A stretch of DNA of 64,000 bases from an uncultured Spirochaetota bacterium (GTDB taxonomy: Bacteria; Spirochaetota; Spirochaetia; SZUA-6; CAVTHK01). Positions within the stretch are counted from its first letter, which is position 1. Each line of letters opens with the position of its first letter. Positions 1-7,937 of this stretch are shown piece by piece. The notes beneath the pieces are model-generated. The model did no database searches, had not been told where the DNA came from, and saw only the letters and a list, made by a program, of their open reading frames with translations. The stretch is taken from NCBI GenBank assembly GCA_963734495.1, contig CAVTHK010000011.1, forward strand, positions 288,001-352,000, given 5' to 3'. The position numbers were made by a program, and so were the translations under genes.

Positions 1-573
1 GATGCTCCAGTCGCTGCAGCCGTCGATGCGCGCGGCGTGCTCCATGTCGAGCGGGATCGACTTCATGAAGCCGGAGAGGATGAACACCGTGGAAGGCAGG
101 CCCATGGCGAGGAAGATCAGGATGATGGAGGCCCGGGTGTCCATGAGCCCGAGCCGCTTGATCAGCAGGAACAGCGGGATGATCGCGGCCTTGAGCGGCA
201 GCATGATCCCGCTGAGGAACAGCATGTACACCAGGGTGCGCAGCCGGTAGTCGTAGCGCGAGACCCCGTAGGCGGCCATCGAGCCCAGGAGCAGCACGAA
301 GACCATCGCGACGAACGTCACGAACAGGCTGTTGGCGAAGTAGCGGCCGAACCCCTTGTCGACCCAGACGACCCGGTAGTTGTCGGGGACGGGGTTTGCC
401 GGGAGCGCGAACGGGTTCTGGAAGATCTCGCGCGTCGTCTTGAACGACGACAGGATCATGTTGAGGAGCGGGTAGAAGATCAGGACCGTGTAGACGGCCA
501 TGGCCGCGAATGCCAGGGTGAGCACGACGGCGCGGCCCGCGCCCCCGCCGCGGATGCTCAGGTCGGTCGTCAC
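1..573 (-). CDS. Carbohydrate ABC transporter permease (MalG-like), 3' end outside the window
   Basis: GTG at 573 overlaps the upstream gene's TGA. The frame reads TM helices and EAARIDGC (EAA loop). It is absent from the ORF track because it runs off the window edge. Confidence 0.85.
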   Translation of the reverse strand, partial: MTTDLSIRGGGAGRAVVLTLAFAAMAVYTVLIFYPLLNMILSSFKTTREIFQNPFALPANPVPDNYRVVWVDKGFGRYFANSLFVTFVAMVFVLLLGSMAAYGVSRYDYRLRTLVYMLFLSGIMLPLKAAIIPLFLLIKRLGLMDTRASIILIFLAMGLPSTVFILSGFMKSIPLDMEHAARIDGCSDWSI

Positions 574-1484
574 AGCTCGACCTCCCGGCCGCGCGTGCCG
601 GTGATCGAGCCGACGGAAGCCACGAACGTGAGGAGGTAGATGACCACGCCGATCGCGCTGCCGATGCCGATCTGCGGGTTGCCCGAGTCCACGGAGCCGA
701 AGGCGGTCCGGTAGAAGAGGGTCCCGATCGTGTCCGTCGAGTAGTTGGGCGCGCCGTCGAGGCCCGCCATCGTGTACACCTGCTCGAACACATTGAGGCT
801 GCCGATGATCGTGAGCACGGTGATCACGGTGATCGAAGGCACGATGAGCGGAAAGACGATCCGCCAGAACATCTTCCACTCCCGCACGCCGTCCAGGTAG
901 GCCGCCTCGAAGTAGTCGTTGGGGATCGCGTTGATCGCGGCGAGGAAGACGAGCGACGGGAATCCCACCCATCGCCAGATGTTCACGACGATGATGGAGA
1001 AGGTCGCGATCGACTCCTCGCCGAGCCAGGCCCGCGTCCAGTCGCCGCGTCCGATGAGCTTGAGGAACGCGTTCACGAGGCCGCTCGGCTTGAGGTAGAG
1101 CCCCCAGAGGAAGCCCACGGCCACGATCGAGAAGAGCACCGGGATGAAGAACACGCGCCTGAAGAACGCATGCCCGGCGACGCGGCGGCTGAGGAGGAAC
1201 CCGAACAGCAGGCCCGTCGTGTTCTGGAGCAGCATGGTCACGAGAAACCACTTGGCGTTGTTGCCTATCGCGCTGAAGAAGCGGTCGCGGTAGGGGAACG
1301 TCCCGAAGATCTTCCGGAAGTTTTCCAGCCCGATGTACCGGCCCCGGATCAGCTGCGTCCACTCGAAGAGGCTGTTGAACAGCGACACGAAGAGCGGAAG
1401 CAGGATGAAGACGGCGACGACAGCCATGCCCGGCGACACGAACAGGAGGATCCACAGTCCCTTGCGGACTTCGCTTCTCTTCAC
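570..1484 (-). CDS. Carbohydrate ABC transporter permease (MalF-like)
   Basis: GLENF, FFIPV, WRWVGF, EAAYLDG motifs and hydrophobic helices. Confidence 0.93.
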   Translation of the reverse strand: MKRSEVRKGLWILLFVSPGMAVVAVFILLPLFVSLFNSLFEWTQLIRGRYIGLENFRKIFGTFPYRDRFFSAIGNNAKWFLVTMLLQNTTGLLFGFLLSRRVAGHAFFRRVFFIPVLFSIVAVGFLWGLYLKPSGLVNAFLKLIGRGDWTRAWLGEESIATFSIIVVNIWRWVGFPSLVFLAAINAIPNDYFEAAYLDGVREWKMFWRIVFPLIVPSITVITVLTIIGSLNVFEQVYTMAGLDGAPNYSTDTIGTLFYRTAFGSVDSGNPQIGIGSAIGVVIYLLTFVASVGSITGTRGREVEL

Positions 1485-1559
1485 GGGCGCGCTCCGGTGT
1501 CGTCGGCTCGCGGGGCGAGGCGAGGGGCCGGGCCGGCGGCGCCGGCCCCTCCTTCGACC

Positions 1560-2844
1560 TTACTTCTTCTTGAACGGCTCGTAGTAGGTGGCGATGCCGT
1601 CCTGGATCTGCTTGGCCACCTGCGCCGGCGTCAGGTTGCCCGCCATCATGCCCTGCAGCGCGGCCTGCGCAAGCGTGGACCCCGTGGGCTGCTGGTACCG
1701 GAACCCCACCAGGAAGACGTAGGGCGTCTGGTTCTTCTGCAGCGTGAGGACCTTGGCGATGAACGGATCGGCGCTGGTGTCGACGCCCGGGACCGCGGAG
1801 ACCTGCTTGAGCGTCTTGATGAAGAAGTCGCCCGTGGTCTTGCTCGCGAAGAAGCGCAGCAGCTTCGCGGCCTGCTCCTTGTGGGTCGACTTGGAGCTCA
1901 TGCTGAAGTTGCCGTCCGCGTACGTCGAGACATAGCGCGTGTCGCCGGCCCTGGCCACCGGGCCCGGCATGAAGTCGAACTGCAGGTCCTTGTTCTGCTT
2001 GGCAAAGTAGCCGGCCTCGAAGGAGCCGCCGACAAAGTGGCCGGCCTGCTCGTTGATGAAGGCCGACTGCATGTCGGTGTAGGCGACTCCCATGTAGAGG
2101 TTGGGCAGGTAAGGGGCGAGGTCCTTGAGCCGCGCGATCGCGTTGACGAAGCGCGGGTCCTCAAAGGTGGTCTGGCCCTTGACCACGGCGTCGAAGAAAT
2201 CGTTCGCGCCGTAGAAGTTGGGGCACAGCGAGCCCATCGCCACCTCGAGGGTCCAGCCTTCCTTGCCGCCGTTGGCGAGGGGCTGGATGCCGGCCTTTTT
2301 CATCGCGGCGAGGTTCGCCAGCCACTGGTCCCAGGTCTCGGGCACCGTGAGGCCGAGCTTGTCGTACATCTTCTTGTTGTAGTAGACGCCCAGGGTCTGG
2401 CTCGCGAAGGGGACGCCGTAGACCTTGCCGTCCTTGATCGAGGTCGCGCCGCGCACCGGCCCCGCGGCGAAGCCCTTGAGCTCGGGCACCCACGACTCCA
2501 GCGGCTCCATGTAGCCGGACTGCGCGAACGTCTCGAGCCCGCCGTACGCGCGGCTCTGGAACACGTCCGGGCCCGAGCCGCCGCTCAGCGCCGCCGAGAG
2601 GATCGTGTTGTACTCGGTGTTCTTCTGCGCCGTCTGCACGACCGGTGATGCCGGGGTTCTGCTGCTGGAACGTTGCGAGAAGGCCGTTGTACGCCTCCAC
2701 GTCCTCGGGCCGCCACGTCCAGAACTGGATGGTGGCCTTCTGGCCGGGCTGCGCCGCCCCTCCCGCCTCCTTGCCGCCGGCTGCGAACGCGAAGGCCGCG
2801 AGCGCGACGAGCGCCGCAAGGACCAGAACGATTCTTCTGTTCAC
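1560..2844 (-). CDS. Sugar ABC extracellular solute-binding protein, 1-bp frameshift near 2640
   Basis: The N-terminus (MNRRIVLV..FAAGGKE..FWTWRPED) is in ORF 2161..2844. The body (GPDVF, YGVP, YYNKKMY) is in ORF 1560..2819. Confidence 0.88.
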
Positions 2845-2876
2845 GAGTCCCTCCGATTCGAAAGGAATATGCGATG

Positions 2877-2905
2877 ATTATAGGAATGGTCCGGTGCGCG
2901 GTCAA
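2877..2905 (-). promoter_or_regulatory. Sigma70-type promoter for the sugar ABC operon
   Basis: TTGACC-N17-TATAAT on the minus strand. Confidence 0.75.
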
Positions 2906-3000
2906 GAAAACGGGGGCCGTGAGGGCCGTGAGGGGCGTGCGCCCGCCCGCGCGCCGTCTGCGCGCGGTCTGCGCAGCCGTCGACAGCCGTCGCCGCGCGT

Positions 3001-3029
3001 TTGACGGGAGGGTCCGCCGGGTTTACCGT
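3001..3029 (+). promoter_or_regulatory. Sigma70-type promoter of the aldose epimerase, probably leaderless
   Basis: TTGACG-N17-TACCGT with ATG 6 nt downstream and no SD. Confidence 0.6.
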
Positions 3030-3035
3030 GACCCC

Positions 3036-3905
3036 ATGGCAACGATACGCAGCGCGGGGATCGAGGTCTCGGCAAAAACGCTCGGCGCGGAGCTCACCAG
3101 CATCAAGTCGGCCGACGGGACGGAGTACCTCTGGCACGGGGACCCGAAGTTCTGGGGGCGCCAGTCGCCGCTGCTCTTCCCGATCGTGGGCGCGCTTCCG
3201 GGCGGGGTGTACACGCACAGGGGAGCGAGCTACAAGCTCGGGAACCACGGCTTCGCCAGGGAATGCGAATTCGTCCTCGTCAAGGAAAAGCCCAGCGAGA
3301 TGATCTACGAGCTGCGGAGCAGCGAGAAGACCCTCGCCCAGTACCCGTTTCCCTTCGTCCTGCGCGTCGCGTACAAGGTGCGGAAGGCCGGGCTGACCGT
3401 CGAGTACACGGTGCGGAACAGCGGGGAGGAAACGATGATCTTCTCGATCGGCGCGCACCCCGCTTTCCGCGCGCCGATCGCGGCGGACGAGAGCCGCGGG
3501 GATTTCGACCTGATTTTCGAGAAGAAGGAAGACATCCGACGCCACTACCTCACGGCCGACAACGTGCGCAGCGGCGAGTCGGAGCCGTTCCTGCGGGGGC
3601 AGGATCGAGTCGCGGTGACGCCCGAGCTCTTCGAGAGAGGAGCGATCGTGCTCATCGACCACGTCTCGCGGCAGCTCTCCCTGCGCAGCCGCAAGTCCGG
3701 CCGCAGCGTGCGCGTGCGGTTCGACGGTTTCCCCTACCTCGGCATCTGGTCGCCGAAAGGCGACACGCCGTTCGTCTGCCTGGAGCCGTGGTACGGCGTG
3801 ATGCCGCTCGCAGGCTCGTCGCAGGAGCTGGCCGGCAAGGAAGGCTGCCTCAGCCTCGCCGCGGGCCAGGAGTTCCGCGCCGCGTACCAGGTCGATATCG
3901 GCTGA
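3036..3905 (+). CDS. Aldose 1-epimerase family protein (LacX-like)
   Basis: GAELTSI, EYLW, SPLLFPIVG, HGFAR, SIGAHPAF, FVCLEPWYG. Confidence 0.92.
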   Translation: MATIRSAGIEVSAKTLGAELTSIKSADGTEYLWHGDPKFWGRQSPLLFPIVGALPGGVYTHRGASYKLGNHGFARECEFVLVKEKPSEMIYELRSSEKTLAQYPFPFVLRVAYKVRKAGLTVEYTVRNSGEETMIFSIGAHPAFRAPIAADESRGDFDLIFEKKEDIRRHYLTADNVRSGESEPFLRGQDRVAVTPELFERGAIVLIDHVSRQLSLRSRKSGRSVRVRFDGFPYLGIWSPKGDTPFVCLEPWYGVMPLAGSSQELAGKEGCLSLAAGQEFRAAYQVDIG

Positions 3906-4590
3906 CCGCCGGGGACCCGAGCGCGCAGGACCTCAGCTCTTCGACGCTCACCGTCGTGAAGTCGCGGTGGACCGCGCTGCAGCCGACTGCGCGCGGCAGC
4001 TCCTCCGGGTCCGCGCCCGCCGTGATCACGACGTAAGGCATCCCGGCGGCGCGGGCCGCGAGGAATCCGGAGATCGAGTCTTCGAGGAGCACGCACGCCC
4101 CGGGCGCCACCTCGAGCTCCGCCGCCGCGCGCAGCAGGATCTCCGGGTCCGGCTTTCCCCTCGAGACGTGCGAGACGTTGAGGATCGTCCTGAACCTGTT
4201 CCGGATGCGCAGGCCGTCCAGCACCATGTCGACGTTCTCCGGCGGCGAATTGGACACGGCGGCGCACGGTACGCCCGCCTCGGCGAGCGCGGCCAGGAGG
4301 GCGGAAAGGCCCGCGATCTCGCGCATCACGGGGGCGAACGTCTCGCGATAGATGGCTTCCTTCTCGTCGGAGATACGGGCCGCGAGCCGGGCCCCGTCCT
4401 GCGGCCCGAAGAGGAAGCGGGCGTTCGCGTCGTTCGGCCGCGAGTGGATGTGCCTGCGATAGGTCTCGGGCGTGATCTCGACCCCGTGCCTGCGCCCGAG
4501 CTCGATCCACGCCCTCTCGTGATAGGCGCGGTTGTCCACCATGGTGCCGTCCACGTCGAAGAGGACGGCCCACCTGCTGTCATTCTGCAG
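3850..4590 (-). CDS. HAD-family phosphatase (beta-PGM/CbbY-like); start uncertain
   Basis: AVLFDVDGT motif I, KPDPE, EDS..G. Start is either CTG at 4590 after GGAGG, or ATG at 4583 with a 1-bp indel. Confidence 0.85.
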   Translation of the reverse strand: MQNDSRWAVLFDVDGTMVDNRAYHERAWIELGRRHGVEITPETYRRHIHSRPNDANARFLFGPQDGARLAARISDEKEAIYRETFAPVMREIAGLSALLAALAEAGVPCAAVSNSPPENVDMVLDGLRIRNRFRTILNVSHVSRGKPDPEILLRAAAELEVAPGACVLLEDSISGFLAARAAGMPYVVITAGADPEELPRAVGCSAVHRDFTTVSVEELRSCALGSPAVSRYRPGTRRGTPGPRRG

Positions 4591-5227
4591 AGCTTTCCTC
4601 CGTGCCTCGCGCCTTGAGCCTGAGGCCGCCCGCGCACAGGAAGAGCGAGGCGACGATCAGTATGAGGTGATACAGGCCGTTGCGGTCAACGGGCGAGAGC
4701 GCGTCGACACCGGCCGCCTGGACTGCGGACGCCGCGAAGCTCAGGGCGAGGCCCAGCGCCATCTGCCAGGAGCCTGAGCCGGACCGTGCCCCGGCCGCGC
4801 TCAAGACCAGGAGCGCGACCGCAACCGGCGTGTAGTCGAGGATGACGACGACGAAGCTGTCGATCCGGATCGCGAGAAACGCGAATACGGCAAGCTGCGC
4901 CAGGCCGGCGGCCAGCCACGGCGTCCACCAGGTGCCAGGCGCGAACTGCCTGACAGTGGTGAGCAGGGTGAAGAGCGCGAGCACGCCGGCTGCCAGCCAG
5001 GTGGCCTTCTGCATGACGGTCCTTGCGAGACCGCCGCCCCTCGGCTCGAAAAAGCCGTGGTCTATTCCTCCCAGAAGCGCGCTCACTCCCATGGCGAGCA
5101 TCGCCATCGCCCACAGCCAGGCCGCCGACCTGACCGACGGCCTCCTGCCGAGCAGAAGCCCGGCGAGCAGGAACACTTCGCAGGCCCATACGAAATTGGT
5201 GATCGCCGTGATCGCGAGAGGTGTCAC
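4580..5227 (-). CDS. Multi-TM membrane protein (DUF6962-like)
   Basis: About 7 hydrophobic helices; GGIDHGFF and DRNGLYH motifs. Confidence 0.65.
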   Translation of the reverse strand: MTPLAITAITNFVWACEVFLLAGLLLGRRPSVRSAAWLWAMAMLAMGVSALLGGIDHGFFEPRGGGLARTVMQKATWLAAGVLALFTLLTTVRQFAPGTWWTPWLAAGLAQLAVFAFLAIRIDSFVVVILDYTPVAVALLVLSAAGARSGSGSWQMALGLALSFAASAVQAAGVDALSPVDRNGLYHLILIVASLFLCAGGLRLKARGTEESSAE

Positions 5228-5268
5228 GCGAGACCCAGTAGAGCCACCTTTCCGGTCCGCGGTCAACC

Positions 5269-6276
5269 CTACCGGGGATGACCTTCGCCGCGAAGGTGTG
5301 CCAGGTGGCCTTCCGCCGCCTGGTAGCACCGGCTGTCGAACTGCTTGCCGAAGAAGAGCTCGACGGAGTCCGCGAAGAGCCGGTGCCACGCCTCGCGCGC
5401 CTCCGCGGTCACCGGGTGCGTGGCGAGCCCGTGCTTCTTCATCACGGCGATGGCGTCGCCATCGGCTGCCCGGAAACTCTCGCTGTTGGCCTTGGTCATC
5501 TCGAGGGCCGCGCGTTCGAGCCGCGGCCGCAGGCCGGGCGGGATCGAGTCCCAGGTGCGCGCGCTGACGACCAGGCCCCCGATGAACGGCGCCAGCTTCA
5601 GATCCGTCATGTTGCCGGCCGCGGCGAAATACTGGTTCGCAGCCGCCACGAGCGGGCTCGTGATGAACGCGTCGATGCCGCCCGTCTGCAGCTGCATCAT
5701 GACGTCGGCCGTGCCGAGCGTGACCGGCTGAAACCCCAGCTCGCGCCAGGCCTTCGCTTCGTCGGACCTGCCCTGCCATACCCACATCTTCTGCCTGCGG
5801 AGGTCATCGGGCCCGATGACCGGCCTGCGCGCGAAGACGTAGGCCCAGCCTGCGCGGGTCCACGCGAGGAGCTTGAAGCCCCTGTCCTCGAACTCCTTGG
5901 CGAGCTCGGGCGTCATCCTCTCTATCAGGTAGTCCAGCTCCTCATCGTCGGACACGAGCAGCGGCACCTGCAGAGCCAGAGACCCCGGAGCGATCGTCGA
6001 GAGGCCCGCGCCGGAGAGCGCCGCGGCTCCGAGCTGGCCTATCCGGATCTTGCGCAGCATGTCGTCTTCGTCTCCGACCACGCCTCCGGAGAAGATCCTG
6101 AGCGTCACGCGTCCCGCCGAGAGGAGACTCCACTCGGACGCCAGCTTCCGCAGCCCCTGCTCCCACGGCGAGCCCGCGGGCGCAAGAGTGCCCAGCTTGA
6201 TGACCTGTCCGTTTCCGCCTGCCGCAGCCAGGCAGAGAGCCCCGAGAATCACGGCAACGCGCTTCGCAGTCTTCAT
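5269..6276 (-). CDS. dctP: TRAP substrate-binding protein DctP (TPAT/TatP-like subgroup)
   Basis: IKLGTLAPAGSPW, GVVGDEDDMLRKIRIGQL; GGAGG RBS. Confidence 0.88.
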   Translation of the reverse strand: MKTAKRVAVILGALCLAAAGGNGQVIKLGTLAPAGSPWEQGLRKLASEWSLLSAGRVTLRIFSGGVVGDEDDMLRKIRIGQLGAAALSGAGLSTIAPGSLALQVPLLVSDDEELDYLIERMTPELAKEFEDRGFKLLAWTRAGWAYVFARRPVIGPDDLRRQKMWVWQGRSDEAKAWRELGFQPVTLGTADVMMQLQTGGIDAFITSPLVAAANQYFAAAGNMTDLKLAPFIGGLVVSARTWDSIPPGLRPRLERAALEMTKANSESFRAADGDAIAVMKKHGLATHPVTAEAREAWHRLFADSVELFFGKQFDSRCYQAAEGHLAHLRGEGHPR

Positions 6277-6289
6277 GCTCCTCCTCCCC

Positions 6290-7438
6290 TTACGCGGCGG
6301 CACGCTGCTGCCGGTTCGCCGACTCCCAGATCATCTCGGCCACCTCCCACACGGCATCGGGACGAGCGAGGCGTCTCGCGTTGGCCGCCATGCAGGGCAG
6401 CTCGTCACGGCATGACCCCAGCCATTCGGCCACCGTGTCGGCGACGCGCCGCGGGGTGGGCGCGTACGCCCCCGCGCCGCTCCGCTCTACGAGCGTGACG
6501 TTCGGAGTCTCCTGAGCCGCGATGGCGTCGTAGAGGATGATGGGCATGCCCACGACGCACGCCTCGGCGACGGTGTTGGCCCCCGCCTTGCCGATCAGGA
6601 TGTCCGAAGCCGCCATCATGGCCGGCATGTTGCCGACGAACGGGTAGACGCGGACCGGTGTCTGCCACTGCCTGGACAGGAGCCGCTGCCGCAGAGCCGC
6701 GTTCCGCCCCGCGACGACCAGAAGCTGGCATCGCAGCCGACGCGCGTCGATGGCCTCGACGACGTGGTCGAGCGAGCCCATCCCGTCGCCGCCGCCCGTC
6801 AACAGAAGGGTCGGCAGCCCGGCGTCGAGGCCGAGCTCCTGTCGCGCCTGTGCGCGCGACGGAAGCCCTTCGGAGAAGCGCGGGTGCACGACAAAGCCCG
6901 TAACCCGCAGCTTCGCCGCGGGCAGGCCGGCCCGGCGGGCCTTTTCGTAGCCGGCGCGGGAAGGCACGCAGCAGAGATCCATCGCGGCGAGGTACCAGCT
7001 GATGTGCGCCGGGCCGAGCTCCGATGACACCGTCACGAGCGCCGGCCGGCAGGCGCGATCGCCAAGGGCGAGAGACGCCAGCTGAACGAACCACGGGTGC
7101 ACGCTTACGATCGCGTCGGCGCAGCAGCCCTCGAAGAGCTGTCGTGCCTTGTGCCTCAGGACCGTTTCGTACAGCACGTTCTGGGCGGCCCGCGTGCCCA
7201 ACCGGCTGTCCGTCAGGGTGAAGGCAAGCAGCCGGTACGTCGACGGGCTTCGCCTGATCCATGCCGGATAGACGTCGGGGAACCGGTTGAACGGAAACGG
7301 GCTGTATTCGCGAAAGCCGTCCACCAGATCCACGCGGCAGTCGTCGCGGTGGCGGCTGAGAAGGGCGTACTGGAGCGCTTCGGCCACGGCGCGGTGGCCG
7401 CCCCCCGTGTCGGACATCAGCACGAGAATGCGTTTCAT
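6290..7438 (-). CDS. GT28 diacylglycerol glycosyltransferase (MGDG synthase/UgtP-like)
   Basis: ILVLMSDTGGGH, IVSVHP, LLTGGGDG, VVAGRN, KAGANTVAEA, QETPN. Confidence 0.88.
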   Translation of the reverse strand: MKRILVLMSDTGGGHRAVAEALQYALLSRHRDDCRVDLVDGFREYSPFPFNRFPDVYPAWIRRSPSTYRLLAFTLTDSRLGTRAAQNVLYETVLRHKARQLFEGCCADAIVSVHPWFVQLASLALGDRACRPALVTVSSELGPAHISWYLAAMDLCCVPSRAGYEKARRAGLPAAKLRVTGFVVHPRFSEGLPSRAQARQELGLDAGLPTLLLTGGGDGMGSLDHVVEAIDARRLRCQLLVVAGRNAALRQRLLSRQWQTPVRVYPFVGNMPAMMAASDILIGKAGANTVAEACVVGMPIILYDAIAAQETPNVTLVERSGAGAYAPTPRRVADTVAEWLGSCRDELPCMAANARRLARPDAVWEVAEMIWESANRQQRAAA

Positions 7439-7641
7439 GGCGCGGCCTCCCGGGCCGCCGCGCCGGACGCGTTCGGCCCGTGCAGTGCCTCCTCGATCTC
7501 CGCCCACTCGCGTTCCTCGCGCGTGGGAATGCGCAACAGCCACCTGACGAAGTAAAGAGCCAGCGGCAGACAGGCGGCCGCGATCAAGCCGCCCAGGCCG
7601 AAGGCCCGTTCGACGCCGTCCCGGAAAGGCCGCCTTCCCAT
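7435..7641 (-). CDS. Small single-TM hypothetical protein (68 aa)
   Basis: GGAGG RBS, one TM segment, ATGA overlap with the glycosyltransferase. Confidence 0.6.
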   Translation of the reverse strand: MGRRPFRDGVERAFGLGGLIAAACLPLALYFVRWLLRIPTREEREWAEIEEALHGPNASGAAAREAAP

Positions 7642-7723
7642 GTTGCCTCCCTGGGAGTTCCGCGCTTCTCGCACACGGGCGAAACTCCGGCACGCGCTTT
7701 GTCGCGGGCATAGCCGGTAAACA

Positions 7724-7739
7724 ATCAAGCCCCGTGCCA
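7724..7739 (-). promoter_or_regulatory. Putative sigma54 (-24/-12) promoter
   Basis: TGGCAC-GGGGC-TTGAT versus consensus TGGCAC-N5-TTGCW (mismatch at the -12 C); a GAFTGA activator lies nearby. Confidence 0.5.
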
Positions 7740-7937
7740 TCCGGGTTGTGTCGAGCCAACTCGCTTCGGGAAGGCGAGTTGCGTGCGAGCAGAGCGACGC
7801 AGGCGGCGTGGGTGGGCTGCAACGTCGGTTGCTCTGGTTGCAGGGGGAAGCGGGAAACGTCGCCTTGTGCCAGCCTCCGAACGCGTCTATCCTAGACGCG
7901 TACCAAAAAGTTCCTGGCCCCGGAAAAGGAGGCACCC

